Assembly (NCBI RefSeq): GCF_036365525.1
Contig: NC_090382.1
Coordinates: 107,542,372-107,606,371, forward strand
DNA: 64,000 nucleotides
Source: Heterodontus francisci
Taxonomy: Eukaryota
Direction: 5' to 3'
Part shown: positions 48,739 to 62,209 of the stretch, one piece after another
Numbering within the stretch: the stretch's first letter is position 1
Layout of the letters: every line of letters begins with the position of its first letter
Notes under the pieces: model-generated
What the model saw: only the letters and a program-made list of their open reading frames with translations
Database searches by the model: none
Told to the model about the DNA's origin: nothing
Position numbers and translations under genes: made by a program

Positions 48739-50429
48739 CATGGTTAACTAACTTGCTGGCATTTTTTGAGGAGGTAATAGAGAGGGTTGATGAGGGCAAT
48801 GCTGTTGATGTGGTGTACAAAAGGTGTTTGATACAACGCCACACAACAGACTTGTGAGCAAACATGTAGCTCATGGAATAAAAGGGACAGTAGCAACATA
48901 GATGCGAAATTGGCTGAGTGACAGGAAACAAAGAGTAGTGGTTAATGGATGTTTTTCAGGCTGGAGGAAGGTTTGTAGTGGAGTTCCCCAGGGATCAGTG
49001 TTGGGACCCTCGCTTTTCCTGATATATATTAATGACCTAGACCATGGTGTACAGGGTACACTTTCAAAATTTGCAGATGATACAAAACTTGGAAGCATTG
49101 TGAACTGTGAGGAGGATAGTGTAGAACTTCAAAAGGACATAGACAAGTTGGTGGAATGGGTGGACAGGTGGCAGATGACATTCAATGCAGAGAAATGTGA
49201 AGTGATTCATTTTGGTAGGACGAACTTGGAGAGACAATATAAAATAAAGGGTACAATTCTAAAGGGGGTGCAGGAGCAGAGGGACCTGGGTGTATATGTG
49301 TGTAAGTCATTGAAGATGGCAGGACAGGTTGAGAGATTGGTTAATAAAGCATACAGTATCCTGGGCTTTATTAATAAGGGCATAGAGTACAAGAGCAAGG
49401 AAGTTATGTTGAACTTGTATAAAACACTAGTTTGGCCTCATCTGGAGTATTGTGTCCAGTTCTGGGCGCTGCAATTGAGGAAAGACGTGAAGACAGTGCA
49501 GAGAGTACAGAAAAGATTCACGAGAATGGTTCCAGGGATGAGGAATTTCAGTTATGAAGATAGATTGGAGAAGTTAGGACTATTTTCCTTGGATAAGAAA
49601 AGGCTGAGAGGTGATTTGATAGAAGTATTAAAAATCATGAGGGGTCTGGATAGGGTAGAAAGAGAGGAACTGTTCCTACCCATGAAAGGATCGAGAACAA
49701 GAGGGCACAGATTTAAAGTATTTAGTAAAAGAAGGAAAAGTGACATGAGCATAAGCTTTTTCACGCAGCGAGTGGTTAAGGTCTGGAATGCGCTGCCTGA
49801 GAACGTGGTGGAGGCAGGTTCAATTGAAGCATTCAAAAGGGAATTAGACAGTTATATGAAAAGGAAGAATGTGCAGGGTTATGGGGAGAAGGCAGGGGAA
49901 TGGAACTGAGGGAGTTGCTCTTTCGGAGAGCCAGTGTGGACACGATGGGCCGAATGGCCTCCTTCTGCACTGTAACAATTCTGTGATTCTCTTCTACTTG
50001 GAGAAAAGCAGCAACAGTTTTGCATTGAAATAAAGTAATGATGTCAGCCTTGGCTCAGTGGGCAGCACTCTCTCTGATGAGTCAGTCCCACTCCAGAGAC
50101 TAGAGCACATAATCCAAGGTGACACTCCCAGTGTAGTACTGAGGAAGTGCTACACTGTTGGAGGGTCAGTACTGAGGGAGTGCTACTTTGTCAGAGCAAC
50201 AGTACTGAGGGAGTGCAATGGTATATGCTCCACCCGAGCCTCCCCTCATCCTTCCTCATGTGATGCTATCAGCATAACCTTAATTCCTTTCTCCCTCATC
50301 CGTTTATCTCAGTTCCTCTTAAATGCATCTATGCTATTCCCCTGATCTACACCATGTAGTAGTGAGTTCCACATTCTAACCAGTCTCTGGGTAAAGAACT
50401 GGCTTCTGAATTCCCTATTGAATTTCTTG

Positions 50430-53400
50430 GTGTTCATCTTATATTGATGGCCTATAGTTTTGCTCTTCCTACAATTGGAAACACACTGTCTATTCTATCA
50501 AAACCTTTCATGATTTTAAAGACCTCTATCAGGATCTAGTCTGTTCCTCGTTTCCTGATGGGTATAACCCTGCTTTTCTGGTATCATCTTTGTAAATCTT
50601 TTTTGCACCTTCCCCAGTGCCTCTATATCCTTTTCATAATAAAGCAACCAGAACTGTGTGCAGTACTTCCAGTGAGGTTTAACCACGGTTCAATACAAGC
50701 TTAGTATAACTTTTCTAATTTTAAATTCTAAAAAAAAAAATTCTCCTTTTTTCAATTCTATCCCTCCAGAAGTTGTCATTCATGGAAGGAGCCGTGATGA
50801 AATAAACAATGAAATGGAAGAATTATGAATTTGAAAAGTCAACTGTTAAACAAAACCACAAGAACATGGACACTTGTTCCACAGTCAAAATGGAGTAGCA
50901 GTTAGGTGACCCCCCCCCCCCCCCACCCCTGTACTGGAAATCCAAAAACCTGTCCACAAGGATGTAACTCATTAATCTCATCTGAAATAGCTCTGGGGAG
51001 AACCTTGTTGAAATTGAAAAGAGCACTATTGGATATTGATGACTCTTATCAACATGAATGAACTAACAAAGAATTCTGGAGACAGACAGGCTCACAACCC
51101 AAACCAAAATGAATAGGTGTGAAATAGCACCATGTTCCCAGAATAGTCCCCATTCAGACATCAATGGATTGCCATGGTTATCATATCCTGGCCCATTGTG
51201 TGGTCACACCAGGGGAGAGGGCCATGTGTCTCCTAACAGAAACGGATTTTTACCTTAAAAGATAACACTTTAGAGAGAGAGAAGAGATGAAAGCAACACC
51301 TTCAGAAAGCAGTCCAGCCAGTAGTTGTGCAAGAGATCCAGCCAAACAAGAACCCTGCTGAACAATAACTGAACAGCTACTACAGCAGAGACATCATAAA
51401 GTGACTTTTAGACTCTCCATCTTTGAAGCTAACCGTATCCATACCACCAGTTTTGTGCTGAGTTGTAACCATTAGAACTCTACAACACCTCAACAAGTTC
51501 AAGACTACAAACACCCAGGCCTGCACCTTTAAAAGAAACCTCCTGAGCAGATCTAACAAATTTACTATAAAGCACAAACACTTGCCTCACTTTAGACTTT
51601 AAACTGCCTACCCTTTTCTCTCTATCTATCTATTCTTGTGTATGAGTGAATGTGTGTGTGGGTGAGGTTGCGACCTTTTTGGGAATTGTGCAAAAATAAA
51701 TAGTTATCTTTTTTAACCCTACGAGAAAACCTATCATTTGTCTGTTTATTTGGCCCAATAAACACTTGGGGACTAACTCGCCATTTTTAACAAAACATGA
51801 TTGCGGTCAGTTGGAAGGTGAAAAGTGGGAGCCATACACACCCTTTTCCACCTGTCGGTAACAAAGTAAACTCTAGTGCTTGGTTTGTTTTTTAATGGCC
51901 TTGTTAACCTGTGTTGCTGCATTTAGTGATTTGTGCATTTGTACTCACAGATCCCTTTGCTCCTTTACCCCATTTAGATTCTTATTTTTCAAGGAGCCTC
52001 CTTATATTTCTTAACAAAATACGATGCCTCATACTTAAGTGTGTTGAAATTCATTTGTCAATTATATGGCCATTCGGCAAGTTTATTAATGTCTTCTTGT
52101 AATTTGTTGCAGTCCTCCTCAGTGTTGACTATTTCTCCCAATTTGGTTTTGTTTGTAAGTATAGAAGTTGTGTTCTTGATTCTGAGGTCCAAATCGTTTA
52201 TATAAATGGTGAACTACAGTGGTCCCAGCATTGATCTTTGTAGGACCCCCACCTCCTACCTCTGCCACTCAGATTAGTTACTTTTAACCCCTACCCTGTG
52301 CCTTCTGTCTTGCAGCATGCTGGATATTTATTCTGCTACTTGTCCCCTGACTACATGCTGTGATGTTATTCATTGGTCTGTTATGCAGCACCTTATCAAA
52401 GGCCTTTTGAAAATTAGATATATTACAACTACTGCATTACCCTTGTTGACTCTTTCTGTTACTTCTTCAAAAAATTCAATGAGGTTGGTCAAGCATGAAC
52501 TTCCCTTTTGAAATCTGCACTATGATGTTTTTAGTTTCTAGATATTTTCCTATTAATCTTCGAGTAAAAATTCCTTATCTTTCCTACCACCGATGTTAAG
52601 ATGACTAGTCTATAGTTCCCTGGACATGTTCTACCTCCCTTCCTAAATATGGATATTATGTTAGCTATCTACCAGTCCTCTAACAGTACACCCTTTTCTA
52701 ATGAATTATTAATTGTGTGCTATACATAAGAAATAGGAGCAGGAATAGGCCATTCAGCCCTTCGAGCCTACTCCACCATTCAATGAGATTGTGGCTGATC
52801 ATCTACTGCAACAACATTTCCCCACACTATCCCCATATCCTTTGGTGTTTTTTAATACGTAGAAATCTATCAATTTCAGCCTTGAACATACTCAGTGACT
52901 GAGCCTCCACAGCCCTCTGGGGCAGAGAATTCCAAAGATTCACCACCCTCTGAGTGAAGAAATTCCTCCTCATCTCAGTCCTAAATGGCCTGCCCCTTAT
53001 TCTGAGACTGTGTCCCCTGGTTCGAGACTCCCCAACCAGGGGAAACATCCTTCCTGCATCTACCCTGTTGAGCCCCTGTAAGAATTCTGTATGTTTGAAT
53101 GAGATCCATAGTGCCTCAGTGATCCCTTGCCTAGATTCTTTTAAAATGCACAGATACAATCCAACTGGGCCAGGTGAGTTTGATTTATTTGTTTAGTATT
53201 TTTCTTTTGATTTTAAATGCGGTTATATCATTTCCAATCTCATCTTCTGATCTGTCTCCCTGTTAAATATTGAAGCAGAGCAATTATTTAATATGTCCAC
53301 CATTCCACTATTCCTGCCTGTGATTTTATCCTGTAATTCCTTAGTGACTCTTTTTCCATCTGGTTTTCTTCTTCATTTATGTGCCTGTAGAATATTTTAT

Positions 53401-53560
53401 TATCTTGTTTTATGCATCTTTCTAATTTAACTTCACAGTTCCTCAATCCCTTCAGCTTGTTTTTTTGACTTCTGTCCTAATCTCTGTATTTTCCCCTTGT
53501 CATATTATACCCTACTGTCCACGCACTTAGCGTATGCCTTTTTCCTGGACTCTGTTGAAC
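50430..53560 (-). mobile_element. Old degraded CR1 with LTR and CR1 3'-end insertions
   Basis: Minus-strand RT remnants (ccagaactgtgtgcagtac, tcaaaaaattcaatgaggttggtcaagcatga); a second CR1 3' end at about 52722-53100. Confidence 0.65.
50774..51863 (+). mobile_element. Solo LTR (third family)
   Basis: TGTCAT...GTAACA; perfect 4-bp TSD AAGT (50770-50773 / 51864-51867); AATAAA in the 3' part. Confidence 0.85.
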
Positions 53561-53723
53561 TTCGTTTACAATGTCTCCCATTGCTGGTCTTACTGCAATG
53601 TTCGCCAATACTTATGTGATGAAAGGACACCGACCTGAAACGTTAACTCTGCTTCTCTCCTCATTGATACTGTCAGACCTGCTGAGTATTTCTAGCACTT
53701 CCAGTTTTTATTTCAGATTTCCA

Positions 53724-54796
53724 ACCGGAAACAAAGGGTAGCAGACAACAGATGTTTTTGTGAATGGAAAGCAGTTTCCAGTGGTGTTCCACAGGGCTCT
53801 GTGTTTGGTCCCTTGCTGTTTGTGGTATATATTAATGATTTGGACTAAAATGTGGGAGGCATGTTTGGGAAATTTGCTGTTGACACAAAAATTGGCCGTG
53901 TAGTTGATAGTGAAGAGGATAGCTGTAGACTCCAGAATGATATCAATGGTTTGGTTGAGTGGGCGGAAAAGTGGCAAATGGAATTCAATCCAGAGAAGTG
54001 TGAGGTAATGCATTTGGGGAGGGCAAACAAAGCAAGAGAATACACGACAAATGGGAGGATATTGAGAGGGGTAGAGGAACTGAGAGACCTTGAAGTGCAT
54101 GTCCACAGGTCCCTGAAGGTGGCAGGACAGGCAGATAGAGTGGTGAAGAAGGCATATGGAATGCTTTCCTTTATTGGCTGAGGTATTGAATACAAAAACA
54201 GGGATGTAATGCTGGACCTGTATAAAACGCTGGTTAGGCCACAGCTGGAGTATTGCGTACAGTTCTGGTCACTGCATTACAGGAAGGACATAATTGCTTT
54301 GGAGAGAGTACAGAGAAGATTTACAAGAATGTTGCCAGGGCTTGAAAGTTGCAGTTATGAGAAAAGATTGGATAGGCTAGGGTTGTTTTCCTTCGAACAG
54401 AGGAGGCTGAGGGGTGACTTAATTGAGGTGTACAAAATTATGAAGGGCCTAGATAGAGTAGACAGGAAGGACCTGTTTCCCTTAGCGGAGAGGTCAATTA
54501 CCAGGGTGCACAGATTTAAGGTGATGGGTAGAAGGATTAGAGAGGACATGAGGAAAAACTTTTTCATCCAGGGGACGGTGGGTGTCTGGAATTCCCTGTC
54601 AGGATCGGTGGTGGAGGCAGAAACCCTCAACTCATTTAAAAGATACCTGGACATGCACCTGAAGTGCTGTAACCCGCAAGGCTATGGACCAGGTGCTGGA
54701 AGGTGGGATTAGATTGGAGGGCTAGTTTTTTCAGCCAGCACGGACACGACGGGCTGAATGGCCTCCTTCTGTGCCATTATTTTTCTATGGTTCTAT
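53724..54796 (+). mobile_element. CR1 3' portion inserted into a Penelope-like fragment
   Basis: RT C-terminal ORFs 53852-54181 and 54209-54712; host fragment 53617-53723 resumes at about 54797 (gtagtattttgctttt). Confidence 0.88.
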
Positions 54797-55024
54797 TTGT
54801 AGTATTTTGCTTTTATGTTAGTAAAACTGGGGTTGTTCTCCTTCAGGCAGAGAAGGTTAAGAGGAGGTATTCACAATCATGAAGAGTTTTGATAGAGTAT
54901 ATATGTAGAAACTGTTACCAGTGGCAGGTAGTGGCAGAGGATACAGGTTTAAGGTGATTGGCAAAAAAAACCAAGGTGGAATGAGAAGATTTTTTTTTAC
55001 AATGATCTGGGAGGCACTGCCTGA

Positions 55025-55550
55025 AACTTGCATTTATATAGCGCCTGTAACCTAATAAAATGTTCCAAGGTGCTTCAGAGTGTAATCAGACAAAAATGTG
55101 ACACAGAACCAGAAAAAGAGATATGAGGAGAGTTGACCAAAAGCTCAGCCAAAGAGGTAGGTTTTCAGGAGCATCTTAAAGGGGGAGAGAGTGGTAGAGA
55201 GACGGAGAGGTTTAGGGAGGGAATTCCAGCACTTAGGGCCGAGGCAGCTGAAGGCACGTCCGGCAATGGTGGAGTGACTAAAATAAGGATGCGCAAAAGG
55301 CTAGAGCACTTGAAGAGCTGTGGGGCTGGAGGAGATTACAGAGATAGGGAGGAGCGAGGCCATGGAGAGATTTGAAAACAAGGGTGAGAATTTTTAAATC
55401 GTAGCATTGCCTAACGGGGAACTGAAGTAGGTCAGCGGGCTCAGGGAGCGATGGGTGAATGGGACTTGGTACAAGTTAAGATATGGGCAGCAGAGTTTTG
55501 TATGAGCTCTGGATTATGGGGGACATAAGGCAGGAGGCCAGCCCGGAGAA
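55025..55550 (-). mobile_element. L2 3' fragment
   Basis: Homologous to 10300-11220. Confidence 0.75.
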
Positions 55551-57044
55551 TTCAAGTCCCGTCTGCTTATACAGCTTGTTGTTAAAGGTCCCACGGGACT
55601 ATCTTAAGAAGAGCAGTCTGTTCTCCCAGTGATTTGGCCAACATTCTTTCTTCGACAAACGCTAACAACACAGATTATTTTGACATTCAGTACATTGCTA
55701 CTTGTGGGATCTTGCTGTTCACAAAAGGCCTGTTGTGTTTGCATACAAAATAAAGATTCCTGTACTTGAAAGCAGCTCATTGGACATAGTGTAACCCGAT
55801 ACAACTGTGGAGGTAACGACAAAAGGTTGGTGTTGTGGGAGATAGCAAGCTACAAAGTTAAGTCCTCTGGTTAGATATCACTAAAACTCTAAACTAACAC
55901 TAGGAGCTATGCTATGGATCGTTAGTGTAAAGAGGAGAAACTGATCTATGGTATGCAAGAAGAAGGAAGTTACTTTAATGAAAAACTTCAATTAACCCAA
56001 ATTAAACTAGGGAAACCCAATGGTTTGGAGTCAAGAGTTGGTAGATGTAATGCCTGACTACATCAGGACCTGCTGAGCGACCAGGAACTGGTATGGGCTA
56101 GGATATGGGCAGGAGGGTATTGCATGAGCTGACAATTGCAGTGGGTGGAATTAAAATGGGCTGAATGGCCTTCCTCATTAACAATCCGGAGGGGGCAGAA
56201 CCTTAAACTCAGAGCTAGGCCATTCAGGAACTATGATGTCAGGAAGCACTTCTTCACACAAAGGGTCGTGGGAATTTGGAACTCTCTCCCCACAAAGCTG
56301 TTGAGACTGGGAGTCAGTTGAAAATGTCAAAACTGAGGTTGATCGATTTTTGTTAAGCAATGGTGTTAAGGGTTATGAAATCAAAGCTGGTAAATGGAGG
56401 TAAGATCTAGATCAGCCATGATCTGATTGAATGGTGGAATCGGCTCGAGGGATGAATCCTGTTACTATGATCTTGTGATCTTATGTGAAGAACTTTGAAT
56501 TGTTTCTGAGATAATAAATCGAATTGTACAACATAGAAGGCCATTTGGCCTGTCGTGTCTACGCTGGAGTGGCACAAAAATGGAATGTTTTCCTTTTCTC
56601 AAGGTTATTAAGTTTAAAAGAGCTTAAAATATCATCCAGTACTTAAAATGAATAATCAATTGCAGACATATTACAATTGTGGGTGTTGCAGCTTCAGTTC
56701 TGTGATCAGCGTCATCTCCCTGTGGCCGGATCTGTGATCAGCAAATTCAGACTTAACTCGCAGTCTTGCTGTGCAGAGCTCCAAAGTGTTTGACGGCCGA
56801 AAGATTTTGATTGACAATGTCTCCCCCTCCAGAGATCTGCGTTAATTAGGAGTAGGGAAGGTTCGGAATATCGGTCAATGCAACACTAGCACTGAGATAA
56901 CTTTATGCAGACACCAGTTGCTATGGTAATCAGGAGTCCTGATCATGTCATTAAGGCTGCAGAAACACAGCAGCCTCTGAGATTGTTGCTTTCTGCCCTC
57001 TCAATGGGAGAGTGCATGACTGCATTTTAAACATACTCCTTCCT

Positions 57045-57610
57045 TAGAATCATACAGCACAGGAGGCCATCATGCTAGCTCTTTGAAGGAGTTATCCAAT
57101 TAGCCCCACTCTTCTTGCTCATTCCCCATAGCCCTGCAAATTTTTCCTTTTCAAAAATTTATCCAATTCCCTTTTGAAAGTTTCTATTGAATCTGTTTCC
57201 ACTGCCCTTTCAGGCAGCGCGTTCCAGATCACAACAAATCACTGTGTAAAAAAAAAATTCTCATCTCTCCTCTGGTTCCTTTGCCAGTTATCTTAAATCT
57301 GTGTCCTCTGGTTACTGAGCCTCCTGCCACAAGAAACAGTTTCTCCTATATACATTATTAAAATCTTTAATAATTTTTTGCACCTCTATTAAATCTTCTC
57401 TTAACCTTCTCTGCTCTAAGGAGAACAACCCCAGCTTCTCCAGTCTCTCCACATAACTGAAGTCCCTCATCCCCATTCTAGTAAATCTTCTCTGCACCTT
57501 CTCTCTAAAACCCTTGAAATCATTCCCAAAGTGTTGTGCACAGAATTGAACACAATAATCCAGTGGAGGCCTAACTAGTGGTTTTAAAGGTTTAGCATAA
57601 CCTCCTCGCT
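57045..57610 (-). mobile_element. CR1 3' fragment
   Basis: ERLEKLGLFSLEQRRLREDLIEV. Confidence 0.8.
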
Positions 57611-57613
57611 CTC

Positions 57614-58737
57614 TGTTGCAAATAATTTTACTACACTTTTTTGTGTCTATCCCTTCGTGATGATGATGAGGCTTGCTGGGATACGATTCTGGAAGGAGAG
57701 CTTCCTGGCTCTACACGAGAAAATGCCCGCAGGATATTCATTGCAGTTGTTATGGAATTTCCATATATTTCTTGTTAAAACTTGGAATCTATATTTTTAA
57801 ATTGAAGAGGCTGACCTTTGGGTGTTTTTTTGAAAGGAAGTTCAACAAAAATTTAAACAGTAAACAAGTTTTTAATGGAAAGCAGGTGACTTCAAGTAAA
57901 CACCACATGGGGTTTGACTTCAGAGCTATTTTGTGTTGTGACAAGAGAGAATTTATGATTAGCATGAGAATTGCCTGGAAAAAAAATTTGGTTTCACTTT
58001 GACCTGTTAAAAGATGCTGGTTTTTGGACTAAAAGCAGGCAGTTGGAATCTGCATATGAGCCTGCCAGGAGATCAGAAGAAAAAACAGATAACTGTATTC
58101 TCTCTTTAAAGAATCCCTGCTATTGAAAAGCAAAAGTCTGTATGTAGTGGTACTCTTTGCCTCCTGCATTTTTAAGAAACACTGAATATTTGCAGAAACC
58201 TTGCATCTTCAAATGAACTTTGCATTGAATATGTAAGTATTGAAACCTCTGTTGCTGCACACCTGATGCGAAGCCTTCTGCAGTTGAATTTCTTTGAATA
58301 CCTACTCAAACACATTGTTCATCAACCTCGCCTGGAAAAATTCCTAGCGGCAGCCAGCTATTCGACTTTGGGACACCTCGCCAGAACAAAGGACTTCCAT
58401 CTCTTCTCTTCAGTATAAGTTATATTTTTAATTCCTTTGTAACAAAAATCCTTTTTTTCTCCTTAGTTAACCAGTTATTGCATGTATGTGCGTGTATGTG
58501 AGGGATAGGATAAAAAAACAGGGCTTTAATATTTCAATTATCGTATATATTTACTTCATCATTGATTAAGACTTGATTTATAATAAACAGTTAATTTTGT
58601 TGGTGTGCTTTATTCTGGGGACAAATAGTGTATCTAATTGGCTGTTTCAGTGAGTGGGAAAATTTATTGATCCTTTGTGACCTGTGGCGTTAATGGGACT
58701 GAATTAACAGTGAACTCCTCCCACCTTGGTCGTAACA
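57614..58737 (+). mobile_element. Probable solo LTR related to 24491-25753
   Basis: Ends gggactgaattaacagtg..ggtcgtaaca like the 24491-25753 LTR; AATAAA present; 5' boundary and TSD uncertain. Confidence 0.6.
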
Positions 58738-59877
58738 CAGTCAGGCCCAATCTTGTCTTCGGCTGATATGCACGCATCTGCGTTGTACAGCAGAGACTGG
58801 GGATGTAGGGGTTGTGACGGGAGCTGAAGCCCATCTCATTTTCCCTCACTGACTGGTACCAATTGTTGGGAGCCTCAGCTTAAGACTCAGGTGGCATCGT
58901 TCTCTCAGCGCAGGCCCGAAATAAAACTTGGGATCTTCTGACCTTGAATTTGATATGGGGAGCGGGCGGGAAAGTGGAGTTGAAGCCCAAGATCAGCCTT
59001 AATCATATTGAATGGAGGAGCAGGTTCAATGGGCCGTATGATCTACTCCGACTCCTTTCTTATCTTATGATTAGCTCTGCCACAAGCACAAGGGGCCAAA
59101 TGGCTGCCTTCGATGCTGTATTAATCTATCATTCGATAGTTTAGTTCTGTATCACATGTATCACTCAGCAAGACAGCAGGGGAGTTGTATAAACTTAGGG
59201 AACATACAAAATGGATGAGCAGGAAAAGTCCAGCTGGCCGATTAAGCCAGCTGATGGCTGGACCATCGTGGCTGGACACTGCCTCTTCCCTCCTAGCCTT
59301 GTCATCTCCTGGGGGAAGCAACAAAAAAAAAACAATAAGGGAAAAAATACATTGGAAAATTGCTGTCCGATCCCCTCAGACAATCGAGAACAGTCCAGGA
59401 GATCACACTGACTACTTAACCTCGATATGAAGCGATCTCTCCCCCAGTCAGGAACTGGTCCAGATCCCTCTTGTAGGTGTGTCGAGAGTAAAAGAAACTT
59501 AAAACAAGCCTTTATGGAAAAAAAAAGTGTGATAATAGAGTGAAATAAAACTCACTGGAAAGAAGCCCAGAGAAACAAAAAGCTCAAAACAGCGAATTAA
59601 GTAAATGCTGCAGACATTTGCCTCAGTATTTTCTCTTTGCTCTAAAATGGACCTTTTCCATATTGATATATTTTGGTGCAAACAGTTCGATGTTTAATGC
59701 ATGATTATCATTTTCAGTCAAGCACTCAGTGCTTAGTGGCCCTTGAAAAAAATGCAAAAGTTGCAAGAGGGCCTCAATTTAAGTAACTGCTTTGCTAACT
59801 GCTCAGTCTCCTTGCCTTTCCATTCCGTCTCCTACCCAAACAGAGTAGAATATCCCTATTCCGTGTATTCTGGCTTG

Positions 59878-60880
59878 TTACGGAAGGTCCTCATCAGGGA
59901 ACTCCTCTTTGCGGACGATGCTGCATTAACATCTCACACTAAAGAGTGTCTGCAGAGACTCATCGACAGGTTTGCGGCTGCCTGCAACGAATTTGGCCCA
60001 ACCATCAGCCTTAAGAAAATGAACATCATGGGACAGGACATCAGAAATGCTTCATCCATCAATATCGGCGACCACGCTCTGGATATGTTTCAAGAGTTCC
60101 CCCACCTAGGCTCAACTATCACCAGTAACCTGTCTCTCGATGCAGAAATCAACAAGCACATGGGAAAGGCTTCCACTGCTATGTCCAGATTGGCCAAGAG
60201 AGTGTAGGAAAATGGCGCACTGACACGGAACACAAAAGTCCGAGTGTATCAAGCCTGTGTCCTCAGTACCTTGCTCTATGGCAGCGAGGCCTGGACAACG
60301 TATGTCAGCCAAGAGCGACGTCTCAAATCATTCTATCTTCGCTGCCTCCGGAGAATCCTTGGCATCAGGTGGCAGGACCGTATCTGCAATGCAGAAGTCC
60401 TCGAGACGGCCAACATCCCCAGCATATACACCCTACTGAGACAGCGGCGCTTGAGATGGCTTGGCCATGTGAGCCGCATGGAAGATGGCAGGATCCCCAA
60501 GAATGCATCGTACAGCAAGCTCGTCACTGGTATCAGACCCACTGACCGTCCATGTCTCCGCCTTAAAGACGTCCTGTGACATTGACCACAAGTCATGAGA
60601 GTCAGTTGCCAGTGATCGCCAGAGCTGGCGGACAGCCATAAAGGCGGGGCTAAAGAGTGGCGAGTCGAAGAGACTTAGCTGTTGGCAGGAAAAAAGACAG
60701 AAGCGCAAGGAGAGAGCCAACTGTGTAACAGCCCGACAACCAATTTTATCTGCAGAGCCTGTGGAAGAGTCTGTCACTCTAGAATTGGCCTTTATAGCCA
60801 CTCCAGGCACTGCTTCACAAACCACTGTCCACCTCCAGGCGCTTACCCATTGCCTCTCGAGACAAGGAGGCCAAAGAAGA
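59878..60880 (+). mobile_element. RTE-clade LINE 3' portion
   Basis: RELLFADDAAL through the zinc finger and gaagaagaa tail; stop codon at about 60205. Confidence 0.92.
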
Positions 60881-61130
60881 AGAACCCACAGTATTCACAA
60901 AGACAGAATGCTGGTAATTCTCAGACTACCCAATGAGGTTAGAAAACTCCGCCTGTTGTCCGGGTTGTCGGAGAATCACCAGCGCCTTTGCTTGTGATGC
61001 ATCGATTTGTGCTTATCTTATATGAGAGAAGGGACTCCCAGGGCCAGCTTGCATTCGACAATTTTAGGAAGACTTCAGATGTTGGAAATATGAAATAGAA
61101 ACAGAAAATGCAGAGTAGAACCAAATCTCA

Positions 61131-62003
61131 CAACTAAGGTCGGTGGAGTTGTGGATAGTGCCGAAGGATGTTGTAGGGTACAGAGGGACATAGATAGGCT
61201 GCAGAGCTGGGCTGAGAGATGGCAAATGGAGTTTAATATGGAAAAGTGCGAGGTGATTCACTTTGGAAGGAGTAACAGGAATGCAGAGTACTGGGCTAAT
61301 GGGAAGATTCTTGGTAGTGTAGATGAACAGAGAGATCTTGGTGTCCAGGTACATAAATCCCTGAAGGTTGCTACCCAGGTTAATAGGGCTGTTAAGAAGG
61401 CATATGGTGTGTTAGCTTTTATTAGTAGGGGGATCGAGTTTCGGAGCCACGAGGTCATGCTGCAGCTGTACAAAACTCTGGTGAGACCGCACCTGGAGTA
61501 TTGCGTGCAGTTCTGGTCACCGCATTATAGGAAGGATGTGGAAGCTTTGGAAAGGGTGCAGAGGAGATTTACTAGGATGTTGCCTGGTATGGAGGGAAGG
61601 TCTTACGAGGAAAGGCTGGGGGACTTGAGGTTGTTTTCGTTGGAGAGAAGGAGGAGGAGTGGTGACAATAGAGCCATATAAGATAATCAGAGGGTTAGAT
61701 AGGGTGGATAGTGAGAGTCTTTTTCCTCGGATGGTGATGGCAAACACGAGGGGACATAGCTTTAAGTTGAGGGGTGATAGATATAGGACAGATGTCAGAG
61801 GTAGTTTCTTTACTCAGAGAGTAGTAAGGGCGTGGAACGCCCTGCCTGCAGCAGTAGTAGACTCACCAACTTTAAGGGCATTTAAGTGGTCATTGGATAG
61901 ACATATGGATGAAAATGGAATAGTGTAGGTCAGATGGTTTCACAGGTCGGTGCAACATCGAGGGCCGAAGGGCCTGTACTGCGCTGTAATGTTCTAATTC
62001 TAA
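61131..62003 (+). mobile_element. CR1 3' portion, young subfamily
   Basis: ORF 61151-61681; (attcta)n tail; near-identical to 32489-33370. Confidence 0.92.
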
Positions 62004-62209
62004 TTCACAGAATTGGAGGCCATTGGGCCCATCATCTCTGTGCTGGTTCTTTGGACAATCTATCCAATTACTCCCACCAACACCTGCCCTCACCAATCTT
62101 TTGAAAGTTTCTCTTGAATCTGCTTCCATCAACCTTTTGGGCAGAGAAATCCAGATCACAACTCACTGCATAAAAGTTTTTTCATGTTGCCTCTGGTTCT
62201 TTTGTTGTG

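Larger units (their letters stand above)
44845..49990 (+). mobile_element. CR1 LINE (APE to 3' end, internally deleted) interrupted by nested LINEs
   Basis: Pieces 44845-45882 and 48740-49990; ORF 48902-49909 keeps SKFADDTK; atcatg duplicated around the insertion. Confidence 0.88.

Noticed and set aside
55790-56133. Possible small solo LTR (TGTAAC...TGACA)
   Set aside because: No TSD and no second copy in the window.
59180-59335. Minus-strand polypyrimidine tract plus CAG, a candidate exon
   Set aside because: No recognisable protein, no partner exons and no clear donor; needs RNA-seq.
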